DNA of 64,000 nt from an uncultured Dehalococcoidia bacterium (lineage in GTDB: Bacteria > Chloroflexota > Dehalococcoidia > Lucifugimonadales > UBA1127): positions 14,527 through 78,526 of the forward strand of contig CAJWXP010000005.1 of NCBI GenBank assembly GCA_913049785.1. Reading direction: 5' to 3'. Shown piece after piece: positions 40,326 through 48,432 of this stretch; position 1 is the stretch's first letter; each line of letters opens with the position of its first letter. The notes under the pieces were generated by a model. The model worked only from the letters and a program-made list of their open reading frames with translations. It searched no databases and was not told the origin of the DNA. A program made the translations under genes and the position numbers.

Positions 40326-40910
40326 TTAGTTCTGTGGCCCGATTTCGCCAATGTCCGGCACACGCTGCTGCACCGCTCGCATCACCAGGTACTCCAACGC
40401 CTGTGGGTCGAAGCCCAATGATACCGCACGGTCAGAGTCCTGCTTTGCCTGTTCGTCATCGCCCAGCAACGTGTTGGCCATTGCTCGCAGCGCGTGCGCC
40501 GACGCCGAGTTCGCATCGATGCTCAGCGCCTGCTCAAGATCGGGCATCGCCTGGTCAGGCTGTCGTAGCTCGATGTAGGAGGCGGCGCGGTTGTTGTACG
40601 CGTCCAGGTGCTTAGGGTCCAGTCGAATCGTCTCCGTGTAATCGTCGATGGCCTGCAATGCCTGATGCAAGCTGGTGTGCGCCATGCCGCGGTTGTAGTA
40701 AGCCTCCGCGGAGTCCGGGCGCAGTCGGATGACCTGGTTGAAGTCGCGCATCGCTTCCAGCGGCTCCACCCTCTGGCCAAAAGCCACACCGCGACGGTGA
40801 TACGCGTCCGCGTCGTTCGGGTTCGACTCGATGGCCTGGTTCAGCTCCTCCATGAGGGCATCAAGCTGGGCCAGCGCCTCTACCTGTTCGTCCTGGGGTT
40901 CAGTGGTCAT
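40326..40910 (-). CDS. tetratricopeptide repeat protein
   Basis: Four to five tandem 34-aa TPR units (AxAYxxRGxAxxxLxxxxxAIxDYxxAIxLDP pattern). Confidence 0.8.
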   Translation of the reverse strand: MTTEPQDEQVEALAQLDALMEELNQAIESNPNDADAYHRRGVAFGQRVEPLEAMRDFNQVIRLRPDSAEAYYNRGMAHTSLHQALQAIDDYTETIRLDPKHLDAYNNRAASYIELRQPDQAMPDLEQALSIDANSASAHALRAMANTLLGDDEQAKQDSDRAVSLGFDPQALEYLVMRAVQQRVPDIGEIGPQN

Positions 40911-40984
40911 TGGGGTTTAACCCCTCCTGCTATGGTGTCGTGCTATATAATAAGGCTGGCTCAGTATAGCAGGAGGCCGATTTG

Positions 40985-42045
40985 TTACTCAGGCAGCACA
41001 GCGCTTAGTATCTCCCCAAGACCTAATCTCTGTCCCCCATACATCCCAAAACTAGCTGAAAACAAACACGTAAAATTAGGAGACTCGTTATCCAGGAAAG
41101 TAACTATTTCATGAAAGTCGATTAATACTCTAACTCTGCTCTTCTCGAGGTCTAGGTGCTCGATATTGACAAGGGGCGGGGTCGTTGCTCTGTTAAATCC
41201 CAACCTTGCTATTGCTTCACTGATTTCATGAAACTTTTGCTTCTCTTCGTTAGCTCTTACGGGGGTGTCGAACCTCGTTTCAGGTCTAACTAACAAGTCA
41301 GCTTTGTTAAAAACTAACACAACAGGGTGTTTGCGCACCTGGGATTCGCGATCCCTATTTACATCTATGAAATGTTGTCACGCTGCTCTGATTGCCGCAG
41401 TAGTTTGATTCACATAATCTAATTGTAGTTGTTGCGGCTGTAAGTAAGCCCCTATGTCAACTACGAAAATAATTGCCTCCCTGTCCAATACCCATCTAAA
41501 AAATCATTGTTATGAAACCACTCTTGGCCACTGACGAATGTTTCTGAGTGTTCTCCCGGGAAGTCCCCAAATTCGATCTTATACGTACGCTCTGAAGGAA
41601 ACTTTCCTCTTTTTACATCCGCACGAAATGCAAACATGTCCTGATCCTTTGTCGGTCCTAGTGAACGTCCACTGCTAAGCAGAGATAAACCTCGATTGAC
41701 AGCTTCGATAGTCTGGCTACCACGGAGTTGAATATCGACGCCCACTCGCTTTGCAAACATCTCACGGAACAAAGAAATAAGGAGGGTTGTTTTACCTGAC
41801 CTTGGAAATCCTAAAATTGCTACATTATATGCAATCGGTAAATCAAAAATTATCGCGCGCTTTGAAGCCGCAGTAGCCCAAATCATTCCTATAACGCCGA
41901 CGATGACTCCGCTGATCAAGACAATCCGCGAAACTAAGCGACTCGTTTCATCAGACCACGCAATGTCCACAGCTAACGCAATGACTATGGCTAATAACGC
42001 CAATGTCATCCAAAATAAAGACATCAGTCTCGGTGAATTTCTCAA
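40985..42045 (-). pseudogene. 2-TM-anchored Ras/Arf-like P-loop GTPase, reading frame disrupted (-1 shift at 41497-41503, in-frame TGA at 41380-41378)
   Basis: Track ORF 41461..42045 carries two TM helices, G1 GFPRSGKTT and G3 DFPGE. Track ORF 40985..41338 carries G4 NKAD and FSAS. The 120-nt gap translates in the -1 frame as RWVLDREAIIFVVDIGAYLQPQQLQLDYVNQTTAAIRAA-TGA-QHFIDVNRDRESQVRKHPVVLVFNKAD, which joins the two ORFs. AT-rich. Confidence 0.6.
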
Positions 42046-42488
42046 CGTATTGCAACTCTCAAGTCAAACGTCTGCTGAACCCTCCGTGTGAGAAAAATAA
42101 TGATTGGGGTAAGAACAAATACTGCAATCTGGAACCCTATATCTGGAGTTCCATCACGCGCACCGCTGTAGACGATAATAACAAACAAAACGGTAAAGAT
42201 GAGAGCAATCAGTTGGTAAAAGAACGCCCATGACCCAGCCTCAAATTGCTTATCTTCATTATCCAACTGGACTTCTCGACGAAATATACTGATTTCCACA
42301 AAAAAGGCGACCAATGCCATGCTGATCGCCAGTTCAGGAGCAGAAAATGTTGCCAGACTAAAGCTACCATCTGCCATTAGACGAATGACTCCTCCTATGA
42401 CAAATGGAAACAATGGAAAGACAATATGAGCTATCAGCCAATACCTAGCCTTGGGATTGTTGGGGGTATTCGTCAGATTCGTTCTCAT
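42042..42488 (-). CDS. small 4-TM membrane protein (no family recognised)
   Basis: Track ORF 42042..42533, with an internal ATG at 42488 (MRTNLTNT). Four hydrophobic helices. The stop TGA overlaps the TTG start of the GTPase gene (TTGA). AT-rich. Confidence 0.5.
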   Translation of the reverse strand: MRTNLTNTPNNPKARYWLIAHIVFPLFPFVIGGVIRLMADGSFSLATFSAPELAISMALVAFFVEISIFRREVQLDNEDKQFEAGSWAFFYQLIALIFTVLFVIIVYSGARDGTPDIGFQIAVFVLTPIIIFLTRRVQQTFDLRVAIR

Positions 42489-42580
42489 CGCTGAAGAGAG
42501 AGTGTAACTGTAATATATTGTTTTGAAATGCAACTAATTGTTGATAATACCAGAGTTTTATTATCGTTCCATTTAATTAT

Positions 42581-45490
42581 TTACTTTGACTCGTCCCCTA
42601 ACTGCTGAGCCAGGAACTCCGCCAGGTGCATCGTTTTGACGCCGGTGCCGTGCTCCACCTGCTGATGGCAGGACACGCCTGTCGTCACGATGGTCGCGCC
42701 GGGGTTGTTGCGCACTGCGGGGAACAGCACCCGCTCGCCGATGGTCATCGAGACGTCGTAGTGCTCCTTCTCGAACCCGAAGGCTCCCGCCATGCCGCAG
42801 CACCCAGCGTCAGGGGTCTCCACCTCTACACCTGGCACCATCTTCAGCAACGCTACGGAGGCATCTATGCCGATCGCCGCCTTCTGGTGGCAGTGGCCGT
42901 GGAAGATGACCTTGCCTTCGTGGGGTTGCAGGTCGAGGTTCAGGTCGCCCTCATTTGCCAGCTTCGCCAGGAACTCGTCGAGCAGGAAGGTCTGGCTGGC
43001 GACCGTCGATGCTTTGGAATCGCCCGGCAGGAGATCGGGGTACTCGTCGCGCAGGGTCAGCAGACATGACGGCTCGGTTCCAATGATGGGTATGCCCGCC
43101 TGGGCGTAGGGGTAGAACAGGTCCACGTTGTTGCGCGCGTTCTCCTTAACCGGGTCCATCATACCCTTGGACATCATGGTGCGACCGCAGCACCACCGGG
43201 GCGCAGTCTCCACGCTGAAGCCCAACTTTTCCAGTACCTTGGTAGCCGCGATGCCCACTTCCGGGTTGTTCGCTTCCATGAACGTGTCATTGAACAGGAT
43301 AACGCGCCCTCGCGTGCGAGGCGAAGCGTTCGCGACCTGGCGTTGGTGCTTCTTGAACCAACTCGAGAAGGTCTCTGTGGCAAAGGCGGGCAATTTCCGT
43401 TTGGGATGGATGCCGATAAGCCCCTGCAGCATGCCAGTTCCGGGCAGCTTCATGGCCAGGTTCAGCACCGGTGCCAACCTGTTGCCGATGGGGTTCAGCT
43501 TAAAGACCTTGCCGAAGAGTTTGTCCCGCAGTGAGTAACCGTGCTCCTTGTGGTAGTGGCCAAGGAACTCGTACTTCAGCTTGGCCATGTCCACGCTGGA
43601 CGGGCACTCAATCTTGCAGCCCTTGCACGCCAGGCACAGGTCAAGCACCTCGTGGAGTCGTTCGCCGGTGAACTCTTCCTGTGGCAGCACGCCGGAGAAG
43701 ACGTTGCGAAGGGCGTTCGCTCTACCGCGCGTACTGCTCTCTTCATCTCGCGTTGCCATGAACGATGGACACATCGTCCCACCGATGGTCTGTCGGCACG
43801 CTCCCTGGCCGTTGCACATCTCCAGGTGCTCTGCGATGCCGCCGTCCTTGGAGAAATCGAAGTACGTATCCAACTTCATGGGTTTCCACTGCGGGTCGAA
43901 GCGCAGGTTCTCGACCAGTGGTGGGCAATCGATGATCTTGCCGGGGTTCATGATGCCCTTGGGATCGAAGACGTGTTTGAACTCACGGAACGATGCGTAG
44001 AGCTTGGGGCCGAACATTTTCTCCGTGAACACGCCCCGCACGATGCCGTCGCCGTGCTCGCCGCTCAATGACCCGCCGAACTCCAGCACCAGGTCAGACA
44101 CCCGTTCCGCGATGCGTACCATGCGGTCGAGGCCCTCTTGTTGCTTTATGTCTACCAGTGGTCTGATGTGCAGGCAACCGACGCTGGCGTGGCCGTAGTA
44201 CGCCGCCGTGGTCTTCTCGTCCCTGACCAGCTCGTCGAACCGCTTGAAGTACTCCGGCAATCGCTCCGGCGGCACAGCGGTGTCCTCCACGAACGGTAGG
44301 GGTTTGGCAGTGCCCTCCACAGACATGATCAGCCCCAGGCCATCGCGTCGGACAGCCCAGATGATGGATTGCTGCCGAGGATCGGTCACCTTCAGGGTGA
44401 AGTAGCCCAGGCCCTGCTGGTCGATGATCTTGGTGATGCGTTCGAGTCCCGCGGCAGCTTCCTCCGGGGTATCGCCGGATGCTTCAACCAGCAGCATCGC
44501 CGCCGGGTCGCCTTCGACGAAGTCCATGCGCTTCGACATTCCAGGGTGCTTGCGACCCTGCTTCACGATTGTATCGTCAATCATCTCGATGGCCGATGCG
44601 CCGGAGTCGAGTAGTGCGACCGTGGCCTCGAACGACTCCATGATGGAATGGAAGTGGATGACCGCCAGCGCCGCCGCCTTGGGACGAGGCACCATCCGTA
44701 CTTTGGCTCGAGTGAACGTGACCAGCGTGCCCTCCGAGCCTACGACGACCTTGGCCATGTTGGTGGGGTCTCGCAGCACTTCGTCCAGGTTGTAGCCGCT
44801 CACTCGACGTTGGATCTTGGGGTAGCGCAGGTCTATCTCCGCCTGCTGCTCTTCGGCGATACGTCGCACATCGCGATATATCTGGCCTTCCAGGCTCTGG
44901 AGAGCCAACTTGGCTTCAAGCTCGTTCGATGTCAGGTCTTTGAAGGAGGTCACGCTGCCGTCTGCAAGCACGACCTCAAGCTCCAGTACGTGATCCAGCG
45001 TCTTGCCATACACAATGGAGCGCGCGCCGCAGGAGTTGTTGCCAATGGCGCCGCCGATGTTGCCTCGATTGGTTGTTGACGGGTCTGGCGCGAACTTGAG
45101 ACCGTGGGGCGCACCCAACGCGCTCAGCTGGTCCAGCACGATGCCGGGTTCAACCCAGGCCCAACCCTCTTCACTGTTCATCTCAGAGAGCTGGTTCATG
45201 TGTTTGGAGAAATCCATGACCACCGCATGGTTCACCGTCTGCCCCGCCAGCCCGGTGCCGCCGCCCCTCGGGAGCACGGGGATTCCTTCCGATGCCGCAA
45301 AGGTAACGGTGTTGACCACGTCTTCAACGTCCTTGGGGAACACCACGCCGATGGGATCCATCTGGAATATTGAAGCGTCCGTTGCGTAGAGCGCGCGAGT
45401 CATCTGGTCGAACTTCACTTCGCCCTTCAGTCGCTTCTTCAGTTCGTTCCCTATTTCCGTGGTGTCTTTGGTAACCTGCTTGGTGGTCAT
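42581..45490 (-). CDS. FAD-linked oxidase fused to an Fe-S/CCG-domain module (GlcD-GlcF / D-lactate dehydrogenase-like)
   Basis: ATG at 45490 after AGGAG. N-terminal FAD_binding_4-like region (PRGGGTGLAGQ), central 4Fe-4S CxxCxxC motifs (CLACKGCKIECP), and C-terminal cysteine-rich CCG repeats. Confidence 0.85.
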   Translation of the reverse strand: MTTKQVTKDTTEIGNELKKRLKGEVKFDQMTRALYATDASIFQMDPIGVVFPKDVEDVVNTVTFAASEGIPVLPRGGGTGLAGQTVNHAVVMDFSKHMNQLSEMNSEEGWAWVEPGIVLDQLSALGAPHGLKFAPDPSTTNRGNIGGAIGNNSCGARSIVYGKTLDHVLELEVVLADGSVTSFKDLTSNELEAKLALQSLEGQIYRDVRRIAEEQQAEIDLRYPKIQRRVSGYNLDEVLRDPTNMAKVVVGSEGTLVTFTRAKVRMVPRPKAAALAVIHFHSIMESFEATVALLDSGASAIEMIDDTIVKQGRKHPGMSKRMDFVEGDPAAMLLVEASGDTPEEAAAGLERITKIIDQQGLGYFTLKVTDPRQQSIIWAVRRDGLGLIMSVEGTAKPLPFVEDTAVPPERLPEYFKRFDELVRDEKTTAAYYGHASVGCLHIRPLVDIKQQEGLDRMVRIAERVSDLVLEFGGSLSGEHGDGIVRGVFTEKMFGPKLYASFREFKHVFDPKGIMNPGKIIDCPPLVENLRFDPQWKPMKLDTYFDFSKDGGIAEHLEMCNGQGACRQTIGGTMCPSFMATRDEESSTRGRANALRNVFSGVLPQEEFTGERLHEVLDLCLACKGCKIECPSSVDMAKLKYEFLGHYHKEHGYSLRDKLFGKVFKLNPIGNRLAPVLNLAMKLPGTGMLQGLIGIHPKRKLPAFATETFSSWFKKHQRQVANASPRTRGRVILFNDTFMEANNPEVGIAATKVLEKLGFSVETAPRWCCGRTMMSKGMMDPVKENARNNVDLFYPYAQAGIPIIGTEPSCLLTLRDEYPDLLPGDSKASTVASQTFLLDEFLAKLANEGDLNLDLQPHEGKVIFHGHCHQKAAIGIDASVALLKMVPGVEVETPDAGCCGMAGAFGFEKEHYDVSMTIGERVLFPAVRNNPGATIVTTGVSCHQQVEHGTGVKTMHLAEFLAQQLGDESK

Positions 45491-45586
45491 TGCTGCTCCT
45501 TGTGAGGGACTGCCCAACAGGATAGTAGGGGTAGGCTATGAAGGGAAGGGGCAAGCCTGTTTCTGGTCTACCTGATGTGTATCTGA

Positions 45587-45595
45587 TGCTATAAT
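45587..45595 (+). promoter_or_regulatory. extended -10 element (TGcTATAAT) 6 nt upstream of the rsmG GTG start
   Basis: tgctataat at 45587-45595 and GTG at 45602. No SD lies between them, which implies a leaderless or near-leaderless mRNA. Confidence 0.35.
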
Positions 45596-45601
45596 CTTCC
45601 G

Positions 45602-46348
45602 GTGAGTACGCAGGAAGCTGGCCCCAAGCTTAACCTCCTCCTGGACGGATGCCGGGAGTTGGGCATCCCCATTGATGAACACCAACAAGAGCAGTTCGCG
45701 CGGTACTCCGCTACCCTGGCCGACTGGAACCAGCGGGTCAACCTGACCAACATTGTGGAGCCGGAGGCGGTGCAGACGCTTCATTTCTTGGACTCGCTCA
45801 CCGTTGTCGGTGCCCTCCCGACCGAGTCGCTTCAAAGCGGTCGTGTACTGGACGTCGGCGCAGGCGCGGGGTTCCCGGGCGTCCCCCTCAAGATCATATT
45901 TCCCGGCATCAAGCTGGGGCTGATGGAAGCCACGGGCAAGAAAGTCACCTTCCTGCGACATCTTGTAGACCACCTAGGGCTTTCCGATGTGGAAGTGCAG
46001 CACGGTAGGGCTGAAGACCTGGCCAACGACGCTGCACAGCGAAAGAGCTTCGACGTCGTCCTCGCTCGAGGCCTCGCCAAGATGGCGGCGCTTGTCGAAC
46101 TCACTCTGCCCTTCCTTAAAACCGGGGGGCTGCTGGTAGCCCACAAGAAGGGCGATATCGCTCAGGAGCTAACCGTTGCTGCCAAGGCCATCAAGCTCAT
46201 GGGCGGCAAGGCCCCGAACCTTCGAGAAGTGAATGCACCCGGGCTGAATGACGGCCGAGTACTAGTTGTTGTTGAAAAAGTATCGCCTACGCCTGTAGGA
46301 TACCCACGGCGCGCTGGAATGCCCGCCAAGCAACCCATCGGCGTGTAG
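45602..46348 (+). CDS. rsmG: 16S rRNA (guanine527-N7)-methyltransferase
   Basis: WNQRVNLT, LDVGAGAGFPGVPLKI, and the ARGLA motif of the GidB/RsmG family. Confidence 0.85.
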   Translation: MSTQEAGPKLNLLLDGCRELGIPIDEHQQEQFARYSATLADWNQRVNLTNIVEPEAVQTLHFLDSLTVVGALPTESLQSGRVLDVGAGAGFPGVPLKIIFPGIKLGLMEATGKKVTFLRHLVDHLGLSDVEVQHGRAEDLANDAAQRKSFDVVLARGLAKMAALVELTLPFLKTGGLLVAHKKGDIAQELTVAAKAIKLMGGKAPNLREVNAPGLNDGRVLVVVEKVSPTPVGYPRRAGMPAKQPIGV

Positions 46349-46441
46349 CAGTCCAGTGGATAGAAGCCAACCAGGAGACCAGTCATAGTAGAAGACGGTT
46401 CCTCTCAAGCCTCCTCACCGATAGCCTCAGCGCGACGGCGC

Positions 46442-47419
46442 ATGCTGTCCATTCCGGCCATTGCATCTTCTGTCGTCGCCGTATCGCTGCTCATCTTCTT
46501 GTCAACCCGGTTTGAAGTGGACATCACAGAGACGTTCGACCACATCAAAAACAGCAACCCTTGGTGGTACGTGTTGGCCTTCGTCACGTATTACATGAGC
46601 TTCATCGTCAGGGGTTACAGGTGGCGGCTCCTAGCGGCCAACGTGGGTGTCCATAAACAACCTGGCAGTCGCCTGCCATCCATCGGCGAGAGCTCACTGC
46701 TCCTTCTGCTGGGCTGGTTTCTCAATGCGATCGGCTGGCTGCGCATGGGCGATGCCTATCGAGCATACGCGTTCAGCGATTCAGCACGCAGCAGCATGGC
46801 GCAGTCCTTGGGCATCATCGTCGCCGAGCGTATGATCGATGCCGTTGCGATCTTCGTTCTTCTGCTGACCGCCAGCCTCTGGCTGCTCATGGACCAGGAT
46901 GTCGGCCCCTCAGAGCTGTTCGTCATAGTCAGTCTGGGGATGGTCGTGCTTGGCGTAGGAGTGCTGCTGCTCATGGCACGCTATGGCCGTCAGCTCTCCC
47001 AATGGCTTCCAACAAGGTGGCAGGCGCACTATGATAACTTCCATCATGGCACACTTGGTGGCTTCAGAAACCTGCCTTTGCTGGGGATTCTGAGCATCGG
47101 GGGCTGGTTCCTGGAGGTTGGCAGGTTGTTCTTCGTCATCAAAGCCCTGGGATTCGATGTGACGATGCCGCTGATACTCTTTGCTGCTCTGGTGAACGCA
47201 GTTCTGTCCACTGTCCCGTTGACCCCGGGCGGACTTGGTGTGGTGGAGCCCGGCATCGTCGGGTTGCTGGTTATCACCCTGCCCCAGAGCGCCGCGATCT
47301 CAATCGTCATCCTTGACCGTTCGTTGAGCTATCTGAGCATCGTCATCGTCGGCGGCATTGCTTTCTTCTTGAGGCAGGGCCTCCGACGCTCCAATCACCC
47401 GGGCACGGCCCACGAATAA
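46442..47419 (+). CDS. flippase-like / lysylphosphatidylglycerol-synthase TM-region family membrane protein (UPF0104)
   Basis: About 8 TM segments. VRGYRWRLL motif after TM2. Resembles the TIGR00374/UPF0104 family. Confidence 0.6.
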   Translation: MLSIPAIASSVVAVSLLIFLSTRFEVDITETFDHIKNSNPWWYVLAFVTYYMSFIVRGYRWRLLAANVGVHKQPGSRLPSIGESSLLLLLGWFLNAIGWLRMGDAYRAYAFSDSARSSMAQSLGIIVAERMIDAVAIFVLLLTASLWLLMDQDVGPSELFVIVSLGMVVLGVGVLLLMARYGRQLSQWLPTRWQAHYDNFHHGTLGGFRNLPLLGILSIGGWFLEVGRLFFVIKALGFDVTMPLILFAALVNAVLSTVPLTPGGLGVVEPGIVGLLVITLPQSAAISIVILDRSLSYLSIVIVGGIAFFLRQGLRRSNHPGTAHE

Positions 47420-47436
47420 TAATTAAAAGGACACGC

Positions 47437-48399
47437 ATGAAAATTGGAATAGTCACCATGAACACGCCTGAACGTCAGCGTATGTTCATGGAGCACGCTT
47501 ACCCTGAGATGGAAATATCCGTGGTCGCAGCACCAGCTCCTGAAGAGGAACAAATCGCAGCCTTCGCCGATGCAGAGGCGGTGATCATGAATGCCCCAGG
47601 CATCTCTGTGGACTTCCTGAAAGACTGCCCCAACGTGAAGCTGCTACAGAGCACCTTCGCCGGCTACGACAACATCGACATCAAGGGTATCAACGATCTG
47701 GGGATAGACTTCGCCAACAACGGCGGCGGCAATGCGATCCCGGTAGCCGAGTACACGATGGGCCTGATCAACGGTGTCACCAGGGGAGTGTTCAGGGGAG
47801 TCCAGAACGCCAGGGAGGGCAACTGGAACAGTGGACTTCGCGAGCACCCGACATGGGAGCTGACCGGCAAGTGCGTCGGAATCATAGGCATGGGGGCCAT
47901 CGGGCAACGGGTGGCGCAGATGCTCACCGGGTATGAGTGCGACACGGTCTACACCAAGCGCTCCCGCGTGTCCGCCGAACGAGAGAAGGAGCTTCATGCC
48001 CGCTACCTCCCGCTGGACGAACTCCTGCAGGTTGCTGACTTCGTCACGATACACACCGCATTGAACCAGAGCTCTCGCGGCATGATAGGCAAGGATTAAC
48101 TGGCTTTGATGAAGCCATCGGCAGTCATCATCAACACGACCCGCGGCGCTGTCATCGATCAGGAGGCGTTGTACGAGGCTTTGACCACCGGTGGCATCGC
48201 AGGGGCGGCCCTGGATGTCCTGGCTGAAGAACCCACTCCCCAGGAGCACCCAATCTGGCAGTTGGACAACGTGGTCATCACGCCCCACCAGTCGGGAATA
48301 TCGCGAGAGAGCGTTGCGAGGAGCGCTGCATTTTCCTTCGACAACGTACGTCGTGCGCTCCTGGGCGAGCCGATACAGTCGCTCATCACACTGGAGTAA
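47437..48399 (+). pseudogene. D-2-hydroxyacid dehydrogenase paralogue split by an in-frame TAA (48097-48099)
   Basis: Track ORFs 47437..48099 and 48106..48399 are in the same frame. GMIGKD-TAA-LALMKPSAVIINTTRG aligns with GMIGKEQLALMKPSAFLVNTTRG of the downstream paralogue. Confidence 0.7.
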
Positions 48400-48432
48400 C
48401 CGACGCACGAACTAACACAGACAAGGAATCGC

